Shown here: piece by piece, positions 18,370-28,495 of the stretch
Layout: every line of letters starts with the position of its first letter
How positions within the stretch are numbered: position 1 is the first letter of the stretch
Assembly (NCBI GenBank): GCA_964437795.1
Contig: CAYTIC010000001.1
Location: forward strand, 86,864-150,863
DNA: 64,000 bases
From: an uncultured Dehalococcoidales bacterium
GTDB taxonomy: Bacteria; Chloroflexota; Dehalococcoidia; GIF9; UBA5629
Reading direction: 5' to 3'
Program-made: the position numbers and the translations under genes
Notes under the pieces: generated by a model
Told to the model about the DNA's origin: nothing
The model's database searches: none
What the model saw: the letters and a program-made list of their open reading frames with translations, nothing else

Positions 18370-19872
18370 ATGTCTGCCAGAGAATACATCCTCTCCATAG
18401 ACCAGGGCACCACAGGCAGCGCGGCCATCCTTTTCGACCGTGATGGCAAGCCGGTTGCCGATGCAGACGTCGAGACCAGGCAGATATTCCCCAACCCCGG
18501 CTGGGTTGAGCACGACCCCAACGAGATCTATCAAACCTCGCTCAATGTAGCGCGCCAGGCCCTGGCAAAGGCCGGGGTCAAGCCATCCTCCATAGCGGGC
18601 ATCGGCATAACCAATCAGCGCGAGACCACCATAATCTGGGACAAGAAAACGGGCGAGCCTATCAGCAACGCCATAGTGTGGCAATGCCGTCGTACGGCCG
18701 GCCTGGTGGAAGACCTGAAAAACCGGGGGGTCGGGCAGACCATCTGCGATAAGACGGGGCTCATCCCCGATGCCTATTTCTCGGCCACCAAGGTACGCTG
18801 GATCCTCGATCATGCAAAGGACGGTCAGAAACGGGCCGAATCAGGCGACCTGCTCTTCGGTACGGTCGACTGCTGGCTGGCCTGGAAATTAAGCGGGGGC
18901 AAAGCGCATGTGACGGACTATGGCAACGCCTCGCGCACCATGCTTTTCAACATCAATACCCTTCAGTGGGACAAGGACATCCTATCGACGCTCAATATCC
19001 CGGCGGCCATCCTTCCCCGCGTCATCCCATCCAGCTTCAGTTATGGAGAAACGGCGGAGGGTATTTTCGAAGGGGCCCGCGTGCCGCTCTGCGCCATAGC
19101 CGGCGACCAGCAGGCGGCGCTCTTCGGGCAGGCCTGCTACAACCCGGGCATGTCCAAAAACACCTACGGCACGGGTTCATTCATCCTCATGAACAGCGGC
19201 GAGAATCCGATCATCTCCAAACGGGGACTTCTTACCAGCCTGGCCTGGGGGCTGGACAATAAAGTCAATTACGCGCTGGAGGGCAGCATATTCATCACAG
19301 GGGCTGCCATACAGTGGCTGCGCGACGGGCTCAAGATTATTCAAAACGCATCCGAGAGCGAGGCTCTGGCCCGCTCGGTGGACGATAACGGCGGCGTCTA
19401 TTTCGTGCCCGCCTTCGTCGGCCTGGGTGCGCCCTACTGGGACATGTATGCGCGAGGTACCATGATGGGGATCACGCGCGGCACCACCAGGGGGCACCTG
19501 GCCAGAGCTACGCTGGAGGCCATCGCCTTCCAGGTCAGGGATGTTATAGACACCATGAGGTCCGAGACCGGCATCGGCATACCGGTGCTGCGCGTGGACG
19601 GGGGAGGTACTTCCAACTCCTTCCTCATGCAGTTCCAGGCCGACGTCATGAATGTTCCCATCCAGGTGGCCGCCATACCTGAAACAACGGCGCTGGGCGT
19701 GGCCTACCTGGCGGGTCTGGCCGCGGGCCTATGGAAGAACAAGGAGGAGATAGCTGGAAAATGGCGGTCATCGGCCACATTTGAACCGGGCATGTCGGCC
19801 GACCGGCGTGAGAACCTTTATGCCAATTGGAAGCGTGCGGTGGAAAGGGCAAGGGGCTGGGCAATAAATTAG
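18370..19872 (+). CDS. glpK: glycerol kinase
   Basis: 500 aa with FGGY kinase motifs ([14 protein letters not shown]). Confidence 0.95.
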   Translation: MSAREYILSIDQGTTGSAAILFDRDGKPVADADVETRQIFPNPGWVEHDPNEIYQTSLNVARQALAKAGVKPSSIAGIGITNQRETTIIWDKKTGEPISNAIVWQCRRTAGLVEDLKNRGVGQTICDKTGLIPDAYFSATKVRWILDHAKDGQKRAESGDLLFGTVDCWLAWKLSGGKAHVTDYGNASRTMLFNINTLQWDKDILSTLNIPAAILPRVIPSSFSYGETAEGIFEGARVPLCAIAGDQQAALFGQACYNPGMSKNTYGTGSFILMNSGENPIISKRGLLTSLAWGLDNKVNYALEGSIFITGAAIQWLRDGLKIIQNASESEALARSVDDNGGVYFVPAFVGLGAPYWDMYARGTMMGITRGTTRGHLARATLEAIAFQVRDVIDTMRSETGIGIPVLRVDGGGTSNSFLMQFQADVMNVPIQVAAIPETTALGVAYLAGLAAGLWKNKEEIAGKWRSSATFEPGMSADRRENLYANWKRAVERARGWAIN

Positions 19873-19886
19873 ACTGAAGGTGCAAT

Positions 19887-21488
19887 ATGAAAAGGGATTT
19901 TAAAGCGATTGCAGGAAAAACTTTCGATGTCATCGTGATAGGCGGCGGTATAGTCGGCGCAGGCGTAGCGCGGGATACCACCTTGCGCGGCCTGGATACA
20001 CTGCTGTTGGAGAAGGATGATTTCGGCTCGGGTACCACCTCGCGCTCCACCAGGCTGATTCACGGCGGGCTGCGCTACCTCCGTCAACTCGAGTTCGGCC
20101 TGGTAAGGCAGGACCTCAGCGAGAGGGAGGTGCTGCTGCGCATAGCGCCTCACCTGGTCTACCCGCTGTCCTTCTTCATCCCCATACCCAACCTCAGCCT
20201 CAACGTGGCTATGTTTCTGGGCACTACGCTCTACGATGTCATTTCCTTCGATAAGACACTGCCCAATCATAAATATTTAAATAAAGCCAAAACGCTGGCC
20301 CAGGAACCCGGATTGCAGGTCGAGGGACTGCAGGGCTCGTACGTTTACTCTGACTGCGCCATACCGCTGACGGAACGGCTCAACTGGGAGAACGCGCTGT
20401 CCGCTGCCGAATACGGGGCCACCGTGGTAAACCACGCAAAGGTCACGGCCGTCCTGCGTGAGGGCGACCGTATAACCGGCGTGGAAGTAAAGGATGAGAT
20501 CAGCGGGGAAGTGCTGCAGGCCAGGGGTAAGCTGGTAGTCAACGCAGCAGGCCAGTGGGTAGACATCATCAAAGAGATGCTGTTCAAAGACAAACCGCCT
20601 TTCCTGCGGCGCACCAAGGGAGCGCATATTGTAATACCACAGGTGTCGAAGCATGCTCTGGTGCTCTTTTCACCTCGTGACGGCCGTCTCTTTTTCGTAA
20701 TCCCCTGGGAGGGCTTCTCGCTTGTGGGCACCACGGATACGGACTATAAAGACGATCTAGATGCAGTCTATGCCACCAGGCAGGACGTCGAATATATACT
20801 TGAAGGGCTTCACCTTGCCTATCCCGATGTCGGGATCGACGACGTTCACTATGCCTATGCCGGATTGAGATCATTGGCGCTCAAGCCTGGAAAGTCAGCC
20901 TCGGATACTTCGCGCAGCCACGAGATCATCGACCACACCAAACGCGATCATCTTGAAGGCCTGGTGAGCATACTGGGCGGTAAGATCACGGCCTACCGCG
21001 CGGTGGCTAAGGACGCCGCCGACATGGTCTGCCGCAAGCTGGGCAACAAGTCGCGCTGCCTCACCAGCGAGAGGAGCCTGCCGGGAGCGCCGGCGCTGAA
21101 GCCCGCTGAGATAACCGATCTGGCTGGAAGAGAGAGCCTGTCAAACCTGACAGCCACGCACCTGTCCCGCATCTACGGTTGCAGGAGCGGGGAGGTCCTG
21201 GCCATGGCCGGTGACGATAAGTCCGGCCTGCGGCCGCTCAGCCCGGGAGGGCCCGATATCCTGGCGCAGGTCAGGTACGCTGTACAGAACGAGACCTGCA
21301 TGACGGTCGACGATTTCATGGTCAGGCGCAGCGCGGTCGGCTTTCGCAAAGATTTGGGTTATGATGCGGTAACCGCGGTTGCCGATGAGATGCAGAAGCT
21401 GTTGGGCTGGAGCGACGGGGAAAAGAGCCGGCAGGCGCAGGCCCACAACGATAAGGCGGCGCTGACAAGACGCTTCAGGAATCCCTGA
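19887..21488 (+). CDS. glpA: FAD-dependent glycerol-3-phosphate dehydrogenase (GlpA/GlpD family)
   Basis: Has an N-terminal FAD-binding GGGIVGAG motif, is 533 aa long and sits directly downstream of glpK. Confidence 0.85.
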   Translation: MKRDFKAIAGKTFDVIVIGGGIVGAGVARDTTLRGLDTLLLEKDDFGSGTTSRSTRLIHGGLRYLRQLEFGLVRQDLSEREVLLRIAPHLVYPLSFFIPIPNLSLNVAMFLGTTLYDVISFDKTLPNHKYLNKAKTLAQEPGLQVEGLQGSYVYSDCAIPLTERLNWENALSAAEYGATVVNHAKVTAVLREGDRITGVEVKDEISGEVLQARGKLVVNAAGQWVDIIKEMLFKDKPPFLRRTKGAHIVIPQVSKHALVLFSPRDGRLFFVIPWEGFSLVGTTDTDYKDDLDAVYATRQDVEYILEGLHLAYPDVGIDDVHYAYAGLRSLALKPGKSASDTSRSHEIIDHTKRDHLEGLVSILGGKITAYRAVAKDAADMVCRKLGNKSRCLTSERSLPGAPALKPAEITDLAGRESLSNLTATHLSRIYGCRSGEVLAMAGDDKSGLRPLSPGGPDILAQVRYAVQNETCMTVDDFMVRRSAVGFRKDLGYDAVTAVADEMQKLLGWSDGEKSRQAQAHNDKAALTRRFRNP

Positions 21489-21534
21489 GTGTGAACGTAT
21501 CTACCCGCATATGTATGACCGCTGAGGCCGGGAT

Positions 21535-23070
21535 GTGAGCAACAATATAGCGCAATTCCTGGACAATAACGTCCTTCAGTTCGGCGAATACAAACAGCTC
21601 ATATACCTGGGAGAAGGCCATGAACAGTCCTTTTCCAACAGGCAAATACTGGAAAACGCGCGCTCCCTGGCCACCGGGCTTCGCAGCAACGGCCTCAAAA
21701 AGGGAGATATCGTAGGTTCAGTCCTGAGCAACATCCCGCAGATACCCGAGATAATCAACGGCGTGCACAGAATGGGCGGCGTGTATATGCCCATCATCTT
21801 CATGCTCACCCCCCAGGAGATAGGTTACATCCTTAAGGATTCCCACTGCAGTGTGATCATCACCGAGGACAAGCTGCTGGATAAGGTGATCGAAGCCAGC
21901 CGGGATATCGACACGTTAAAAACCATTATCCTGATCGGCAAAGGGTCCGGCAGCCGCATTGTGGATTATAACAAGTATCTGCACGCCGGTGATGCCGACG
22001 GTGACTTAACTGATGTGGATAATAACGACCTGGCCATCCTGATGTATACCTCTGGGACCACGGGCTATCCCAAGGGAGTCATGCTTAGCCACCATAACAT
22101 GTACAGCCAGATGAAGGCCGGCATCGCGGTGTGGGGCAGCGACAAAGGAGAGGCATTGCTGACAACGGTGCCCATGAACACCATTTACGGGGTGATAAGC
22201 TGCCTTGAGGGATACCTCAGCGGTTTTGTTAACATCCTCATGCCTCCCTTCGATCCGCGCAGGGTGATCGACGCCGTGGGCAAATACAGCGCCAGCGCAC
22301 TGCCGGTGGTGCCGGCCATGCTCAATTTCATGCTGCTGGTGTGGGACCCCATCACCGATGATTTTTCCTCGCTGGACCTTCTGATATGCTCGGGCTCACA
22401 GCTTCCCCTCGATACTCTCGACAAGGCTCAGCAAACTTTCGGAGTGGAGATCACGCAGGGTTACGGATGCACCGAGGTCGGAGGAGCCATCTCCCGGCAA
22501 CGGCTGGACTGGCCGCGCAAGCCCGGCAGTTGCGGATTCCCCATACCGGGCCTGACTGTGAAAATCATCGACGATGACGGCCGGGAGGTAAGCCGCGGGC
22601 AAAGCGGGGAGATTATCTGTAAAGGCCCGATGGTAACATCGGGATATTTAAACAAGCCGAGGGAGACTTCCGAGGCGATCAGGGGAGGCTGGTTCCACAC
22701 GGGCGACCTGGGACGGCTTGACGATGACGGCGAGATATATGTAACAGGGCGTAAAAAGGACATCATCATCAAGGGTGGACAAAATATAGATCCCGGCGTG
22801 GCAGAGAACTGGCTCTACCAGCATCCCGCGGTGCTGGAGTGCGCCGTGATCGCCATTAAGGACGACAAGTACGGAGAGGAAGTGGCTGCCGCAGTGGTGC
22901 TGAAGCCCGGGTGCCGGGCCAGCGAAGGCGAGATCACGGACTATTTATTAAAGCATATGCATCATTTCTACGCGCCCAAAAAAATATTTTTCATGGAGAC
23001 GCTGCCCAAAACAGGCATCGGCAAGATCAGAAAGAAGGATATCAGGCGAATAGTCGACCGGGCCCATTGA
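21535..23070 (+). CDS. AMP-dependent acyl-CoA synthetase/ligase
   Basis: GTG start. AMP-binding motifs YTSGTTGYPKGV and GYGCTE. Confidence 0.85.
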   Translation: MSNNIAQFLDNNVLQFGEYKQLIYLGEGHEQSFSNRQILENARSLATGLRSNGLKKGDIVGSVLSNIPQIPEIINGVHRMGGVYMPIIFMLTPQEIGYILKDSHCSVIITEDKLLDKVIEASRDIDTLKTIILIGKGSGSRIVDYNKYLHAGDADGDLTDVDNNDLAILMYTSGTTGYPKGVMLSHHNMYSQMKAGIAVWGSDKGEALLTTVPMNTIYGVISCLEGYLSGFVNILMPPFDPRRVIDAVGKYSASALPVVPAMLNFMLLVWDPITDDFSSLDLLICSGSQLPLDTLDKAQQTFGVEITQGYGCTEVGGAISRQRLDWPRKPGSCGFPIPGLTVKIIDDDGREVSRGQSGEIICKGPMVTSGYLNKPRETSEAIRGGWFHTGDLGRLDDDGEIYVTGRKKDIIIKGGQNIDPGVAENWLYQHPAVLECAVIAIKDDKYGEEVAAAVVLKPGCRASEGEITDYLLKHMHHFYAPKKIFFMETLPKTGIGKIRKKDIRRIVDRAH

Positions 23071-23102
23071 GCATATCGACGCGGTATAGCGGCAGGGCAT
23101 AT

Positions 23103-23132
23103 CCCGGCCATCTATCAATTGCCGGGCTTTTT
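23103..23132 (+). terminator. putative rho-independent terminator (hairpin CCCGGC...GCCGGG plus T5)
   Basis: 6-bp GC stem with a 12-nt loop followed by CTTTTT, directly after the ligase stop. The next gene's RBS AAGGAGGT follows. Confidence 0.4.
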
Positions 23133-23161
23133 CGATATTATTTATATAAGGAGGTACGGAT

Positions 23162-24928
23162 ATGAGAAAAAAGGTGCTGGCGATCACCGCCCTTTTAACC
23201 ATTGTCCTCAGCCTTGTGCCCGCCGGCGTGGCTATGGCGGCAAGCATGAGCTCCACCATGGGTACCAGCGGGGTTGAAGTGACCATTATCGGTCTCACCG
23301 ATGGAAATTCATACAAGATCAAGTGGGACGCGGAGACATACAAGCAGGGGGTGGTGGGAAGCGACGATAGCGTATTTTTCGTGGCGCCACAATCGTACGG
23401 AGGCCAGCACACGGTTACCGTGGAAAGCCCCACCGGCAGCCAGGTGTTCACGGGCTACTTCGTCATCATACCCAGCTTAGCCGTCGACCCCAGTTCGGGG
23501 TCCGCCGGCACCAGTATCAATGTAGTCGGCCACGGCTTTGGCGTGAGCGAGAAAAACATCGCGGTAACCTATGACGGAACGATAGTAAAAAGCGGCATCT
23601 CAGCCGATGAGGACGGGAACTGGAGCACCACTATCACAACTCCACCCTCCTCCAGGGGAGCCCGCAGCGTAGACGCATCAGGTGATTTCACCAAGGGTTC
23701 CGACGTAGCCGACAAGAGTTTCAGCATCAGCCCCGTGGTCAAGATGGATCCCTTAGCCGGCGGCGTTGGAACGCAGGTAACCATCACGGCCACCGGGTTT
23801 GCCACGGCCGAGGGCGGAATCAAAGTGCTCTACTCCGGCAAAGAAGTGAGGTCTAATATAACCGCCGAGGTCAACGGGTCCTGGAGCACATCGTTTGCCG
23901 TTCCTCCTTCCACCAGGGGCAGCCATATAGTCAACGTTCTGGGCAATACCACTACAGCCCAGGACATACCCGATATGATCTTCACGGTGTCCCCGGCTGT
24001 AACCATCAGCCCATCCAGCGGCGCTGTAGAGGACAGCATCAAGGTCGTCGGCAGCGGCTTTGCCAACAACGAAACCTCCATCGAGGTCACTTTCGACGGC
24101 ACATCCATCGAGAGGAGCATACTGGCAGACAATGACGGCAACTGGACTGTAAACGCCAAGGTGCCCCCCTGCGGCAGCGGGCCGCACACGATCACAGCCT
24201 ACGGCAGGATCACCCCCGCTTCTGATGTAACTCCAGCCACCTTTACCACGCAGTCGGTGCTCACCATTGTCCCCAAGAGCGGCAATGTCAAAGACGAATT
24301 GAGGGTAACAGGGTCCGGCTTCAACGCCGGCAAGGATTTCTCCATTTCCTACGACGGCAATCCCATTGCCAGCGGATCGGTTAACGAGTCGGGCAGCTTC
24401 CAGGCCATCTTCAAGGCGCCGGGCGGCAAAAGCGGTTCGCTGGTCCTCACAGCTACCGACACAAAGGGATCAACGGCCTCCACCACATTCACCATGGAGA
24501 CTAACGCGCCCGAAATCCCACAGATCGCGTCACCCAAGGACGGCGCTACGGTCGGCTTCATGGGCGACACCAAGATTGGTTTCAAGTGGAGCGATGTGAG
24601 CGATCCCAGCGGAGTTACTTACGACATAGAGGTGAGCGAGGGGTCCAATTTCGCCAAGAACCTTGTCTCCCACACCAAGCTGGTCGATGCCAAGTACACG
24701 CTGACCGAGGCCGAGGCGCTGCCCAACGGGGAATACTACTGGCGCGTGAGAGCCGTGGACGGCGCCGGCAATGCCAGCGACTGGACCGCTGCCACCGCGG
24801 TGAAGGTTGGTTTCGTGACCACCAATACCCTGGTATTCCTGGGAATCGGCATTGTGGTGTTGTTGATACTCATCATAGTTTTGCCCAGGGCACTCAAGAA
24901 GAAGCGCCCCAAGGGCGAATGGGATTAA
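23162..24928 (+). CDS. cell-surface protein with 4-5 tandem Ig-like repeats, an FN3-like domain and a C-terminal TM anchor
   Basis: Signal peptide. About 90-aa repeats (VxGxGF...DG...NWST...PPS.RG). The C-terminal hydrophobic segment is followed by KKKRPKGEWD. Confidence 0.6.
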   Translation: MRKKVLAITALLTIVLSLVPAGVAMAASMSSTMGTSGVEVTIIGLTDGNSYKIKWDAETYKQGVVGSDDSVFFVAPQSYGGQHTVTVESPTGSQVFTGYFVIIPSLAVDPSSGSAGTSINVVGHGFGVSEKNIAVTYDGTIVKSGISADEDGNWSTTITTPPSSRGARSVDASGDFTKGSDVADKSFSISPVVKMDPLAGGVGTQVTITATGFATAEGGIKVLYSGKEVRSNITAEVNGSWSTSFAVPPSTRGSHIVNVLGNTTTAQDIPDMIFTVSPAVTISPSSGAVEDSIKVVGSGFANNETSIEVTFDGTSIERSILADNDGNWTVNAKVPPCGSGPHTITAYGRITPASDVTPATFTTQSVLTIVPKSGNVKDELRVTGSGFNAGKDFSISYDGNPIASGSVNESGSFQAIFKAPGGKSGSLVLTATDTKGSTASTTFTMETNAPEIPQIASPKDGATVGFMGDTKIGFKWSDVSDPSGVTYDIEVSEGSNFAKNLVSHTKLVDAKYTLTEAEALPNGEYYWRVRAVDGAGNASDWTAATAVKVGFVTTNTLVFLGIGIVVLLILIIVLPRALKKKRPKGEWD

Positions 24929-24970
24929 AGAATAACAGGTCTTTTCTTTAGAAGCATTAATAGCAATAGA

Positions 24971-25004
24971 AAAGGATGGATTGTCTTGTGACAATCCATC
25001 CTTT
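24971..25004. terminator. bidirectional rho-independent terminator between convergent genes
   Basis: Perfect 15-bp inverted repeat AAAGGATGGATTGTC / GACAATCCATCCTTT with a TTGT loop, flanked by T-runs on both sides. Confidence 0.6.
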
Positions 25005-25080
25005 TCTTTATATCTACTAGTGGGATAGGTCAACAACGTTCCAGGGATCAGTATTTCCCGTAAAGGTACGCTTCCAATTA

Positions 25081-26184
25081 TTAACCCTTAGTTAGTTCGC
25101 TCAAAGCTGAAAGAAGGCTGGTATTCAACTGCCGCCAATCGCGTGGCGGTACCGGGGCGTTATTCCTTGCTACCAGCCTCAACGATCCCGTCGGGCAGGT
25201 AGAGTTGCATAGCCCGCAGCCGATGCACTTGCTATTATCGAATAATAATTCGTCGTCGACGACCGTCAAAGCTTCCATGGGGCATCGCTCCACGCAATCG
25301 CCGCAGGTGATGCAGCTTTCTGCGTCAAACGAGGTAATAAACCCGGAAACGGCCGCGGAGCCTTTCATGTTATATTTCTTCATGCTCTGCAGTATGCCGC
25401 AGTGGCAGGAGCAGCAGTTACAAACGAACTGAACATATTTACTCATGTTGCTGGAACAGTGAACCAGGCCGGCCTCCTCAGTACGGCGCAGGATTGCCCT
25501 CGCCTCCTCTTTGCTGATCAGCCTGCCGAACTTCCTCTCGGCCATAAACCTGGCATCGGGTCCGAACCCCATGCAAACGTCCTTAGGCTTGGTGCAGGGG
25601 CGCCCCAATAGTTCGCCGTGGTGACGGCAGTAGCAGGTGCCCACGGCGATATACTCCGCTTTGTCTATGTATTCAGAGACCTTGTCATAGGTATGTATTT
25701 CAAAAGTCGCGGGTATCTCTTTTTCTACTGTTATCACGCGCGCAACGGGGAAGGGGATGGGTGTCACATCAGGGTCGGAACTCACTCTATCCAGGGCATG
25801 AAAATAGTCTTCGAAGAGGTACGCCAGCTTAACGGCCCGTTCGCTCACGTCGCCGCTGAGAAACTGCATCTCAAAAACGCCGGGCAACAGCGGCAACAGG
25901 CTGTAATAGCGGACGTCGTTTTTATCAAAGGTGTATACGAGGCCCTTGTCAGCCATCCTCTCAAGATGCGCTTGCACAGGAGCGGGAGCTTTACCCGCCT
26001 TCTCAGCGATTTCGGCAGCGGAAGCGGGAGTAATAGGCATGACCACCGCCAGATCTGCCTCTTCCTGTGAGAATAAATAATCGATAAGCGCAAAAAGTTC
26101 AGGGCTCTTGATAGCAGGCATCGATCCGCCCCGCATCTGAATGGCCACCCTGAGATTCTCATATTTATGATCCGGCATCGTCAT
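25081..26184 (-). CDS. winged-helix plus 4Fe-4S dicluster ferredoxin-domain protein (putative redox-sensing regulator)
   Basis: 367 aa with an N-terminal wHTH-like region and C-terminal CITCGDCVERCP and CIGCGLCNSTCP motifs plus an extra CNCCSCHC cluster. Confidence 0.45.
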   Translation of the reverse strand: MTMPDHKYENLRVAIQMRGGSMPAIKSPELFALIDYLFSQEEADLAVVMPITPASAAEIAEKAGKAPAPVQAHLERMADKGLVYTFDKNDVRYYSLLPLLPGVFEMQFLSGDVSERAVKLAYLFEDYFHALDRVSSDPDVTPIPFPVARVITVEKEIPATFEIHTYDKVSEYIDKAEYIAVGTCYCRHHGELLGRPCTKPKDVCMGFGPDARFMAERKFGRLISKEEARAILRRTEEAGLVHCSSNMSKYVQFVCNCCSCHCGILQSMKKYNMKGSAAVSGFITSFDAESCITCGDCVERCPMEALTVVDDELLFDNSKCIGCGLCNSTCPTGSLRLVARNNAPVPPRDWRQLNTSLLSALSELTKG

Positions 26185-26215
26185 ACCTCAACATTATTGA
26201 TTATCGGGAAATGGA

Positions 26216-26292
<77 letters not shown>

Positions 26293-26360
26293 GGACCACA
26301 TGGCATTTTATCAACGGTAATATCGATAGTCAAGAACAGAGAGTCTGCCACGGCGGGCGT

Positions 26361-26591
26361 CTATGTTTTGGTCGACAGCTTGGCGTTGCCCGTCAGCGAA
26401 ACGTGGACGTTGCTGCCGCACTTGGGGCAGGTCACTTCGATTGTGATGACCGGCTGGCGCATGACCCTTTCTATGAGCGTGGATACCATAGTATCGAGCT
26501 GGTCGATGCGCTTATACATCATCTCGAGGCGTTTTTCCATTTGAGCCAGCTTATCAAGCTGGTGCTCGGCTTCTTCGAATTTCTTATCCAT
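26361..26591 (-). CDS. small coiled-coil protein with a C-terminal CPxCG zinc-ribbon-like motif
   Basis: 76 aa ORF. Low information. Confidence 0.3.
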   Translation of the reverse strand: MDKKFEEAEHQLDKLAQMEKRLEMMYKRIDQLDTMVSTLIERVMRQPVITIEVTCPKCGSNVHVSLTGNAKLSTKT

Positions 26592-26679
26592 CTCCCGCTA
26601 TCCGCTCTTTTACTCTACTAAAGAAATAGAGAGGAGAAATCGCGGATTCCTCCTCTCGGCAATTCCCTTTATCCCGCGT

Positions 26680-27003
26680 TCACAGGCTCTTTTCCTGGAC
26701 CCCCATGGAATTGAGCTCGTCCCGGTCTTCCTTGATCTGTGTGTCAAGCAGGCCGGTCATCTTGGATTCCAACCACTTCTTGTAGGCTTCCTTGGCCTGC
26801 GGTGAATTTCTAACTGCGATCTTGGCGGTCTCCCATTCCTCCACGAAGAGCTTCCCCAGCGTTTCGTCCTTAAGAGGGAACTCTACGTCCATCAACGCCT
26901 CTGCCCGCTCGATTATCCTGTTCATAACCGCCCTCTTGAGGCGGTCGATCGAAAGCAGCTCCTGATCTTCGTAAGGCCGTGAAACAAATTGCTCAGTTGC
27001 CAT
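26680..27003 (-). CDS. hypothetical protein
   Basis: 107 aa ORF with charged helical composition. Confidence 0.3.
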   Translation of the reverse strand: MATEQFVSRPYEDQELLSIDRLKRAVMNRIIERAEALMDVEFPLKDETLGKLFVEEWETAKIAVRNSPQAKEAYKKWLESKMTGLLDTQIKEDRDELNSMGVQEKSL

Positions 27004-27159
27004 CAGTACGACCTCCGTTCATGCTTTTACTCACCTTATAATATTCTGCTGATTATGCAATGTCAAGCCATATAAATATCTCGTCGTTGTGAAGGCATCG
27101 AAGCAATCCCAGAATGCTTTGACATCCCTATGGCTGCGGGCTACAATGAGTCACTGTTC

Positions 27160-27234
27160 GCGGGAGTAACTCAGCGGAAGAGTTCCTGCCTTCCAAGCAG
27201 GGTGTCGCGGGTTCGAATCCCGTCTCCCGCTCCA
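27160..27234 (+). tRNA. tRNA-Gly(TCC), CCA encoded
   Basis: Acceptor GCGGGAG/CTCCCGC, anticodon stem CCTGC/GCAGG with loop CTTCCAA, T-loop GTTCGAATC. Confidence 0.85.
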
Positions 27235-27683
27235 TAGATTGCGTTATAGAGTTCCGGTAAATGGGACGCCAGGTTATTATATTCCATCAGGCCCTGCAGG
27301 CAATTGTTACGCGCCAGGTCAATCATCTTATACGACAAGGACAATTTCATTCTCGCCGGTTGGTCGTCCTTCATCGTATACCCGAGCCAATAACGACTTC
27401 GGAACTCCGCGCCACCTGCGACGCGGCGGAGTATAAACTCTATGACGGCTTATTTTGCCGCCATGGTTTTATCTCTTAATTCCCGTGACTTGCTGTAAGG
27501 ACAAACTCCCTGTTTTCGTGAGGGTAGTGCCAGTCAACCATCTCACCAGATCCCTCATGTAGAACTTCCCTGGAAAAGCAACTCTTTTTCCGGTAGAACT
27601 TTTTTATTCGGGTAGAGATTGAAATCGATATTAACCGAATACTTTGATGCGGCTACGCATAGGAAATAGCCCAACCCTATTTT

Positions 27684-28472
27684 TCAATAAAAGACCGAAC
27701 CGGCGCATACATTAATTGCCTGTCCCGTTATGCCTTTCGCCTGATCAGACGCCAAATAAACCGCCGTATCGGCAATTTCTTCCGGCTCAATCAGCCGTCT
27801 CTGAATGGACATCGAAAGAACTTTTTCAGTAAGAACAGCTTCTCTCGTCAAGCCGGTGAGTCTTACAACCTCATCCAGGATCATTCCTTCCCCTGTCAAC
27901 ATATCTGTGTTTACAACACCCGGGCATATGGCATTAACAGTTATCCCGGATAAACCCAGAACTCCCAGTTCTGCTGCGAGTGTTCGCGTTAGGCCGATTA
28001 CCCCATGTTTGGATGCACAATAGGCAGAGTTTGTCACACTGGCCTGTTTGCCGGAAATCGAAGCTATATTAATAACTCTACCTTTACCAGCTTTGATTAT
28101 GTGCGGCATCACAGCCTTGGTAACGTTATATGTACCAAACAAATTTACTTCTATGGTATTACGCCAGATAAAGTCTTCTGATTCCCATAGAAAATAGCGC
28201 TTTCCTACAACGCCGGCGTTATTTATCAGGATTTCGATTTTCCCGTATTTGTCGATGATCTGTTGAATGCAGGACTGTATCTGCTCCGGTCGGGTAACGT
28301 CTAAAACGAGACCAAGTGTATTGTGCCCGATCTCAGTAGCGGTCTTTTGAATATCTTTGTTAACGTCGCCGATAACAACGGTTGCCCCTTCCCTTGCAAG
28401 TGCCGAAGCTATCTCCTTTCCAATGCCTCGATAGGCGCCGGTAACGAGCGCTACCTTACTGCTTAACATCAT
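27684..28472 (-). CDS. short-chain dehydrogenase/reductase (SDR)
   Basis: TGAYRGIG nucleotide-binding motif and the catalytic YxxxK (YCASK). Confidence 0.85.
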   Translation of the reverse strand: MMLSSKVALVTGAYRGIGKEIASALAREGATVVIGDVNKDIQKTATEIGHNTLGLVLDVTRPEQIQSCIQQIIDKYGKIEILINNAGVVGKRYFLWESEDFIWRNTIEVNLFGTYNVTKAVMPHIIKAGKGRVINIASISGKQASVTNSAYCASKHGVIGLTRTLAAELGVLGLSGITVNAICPGVVNTDMLTGEGMILDEVVRLTGLTREAVLTEKVLSMSIQRRLIEPEEIADTAVYLASDQAKGITGQAINVCAGSVFY

Positions 28473-28495
28473 TCGATATCCACCTCGATTATTGA

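Noticed and set aside
24971-25004. Perfect 15-bp inverted repeat considered as a possible CRISPR repeat or transposon end
   Set aside because: It is a single copy, has flanking T-tracts and lies between convergent stop codons. It fits an intrinsic terminator and not a repeat array or IS end.
27235-27683. Short ORFs (65-72 aa) just downstream of tRNA-Gly(TCC), examined as possible integrase remnants
   Set aside because: Their translations show no tyrosine or serine recombinase motifs. This region is treated as non-coding att-proximal DNA.
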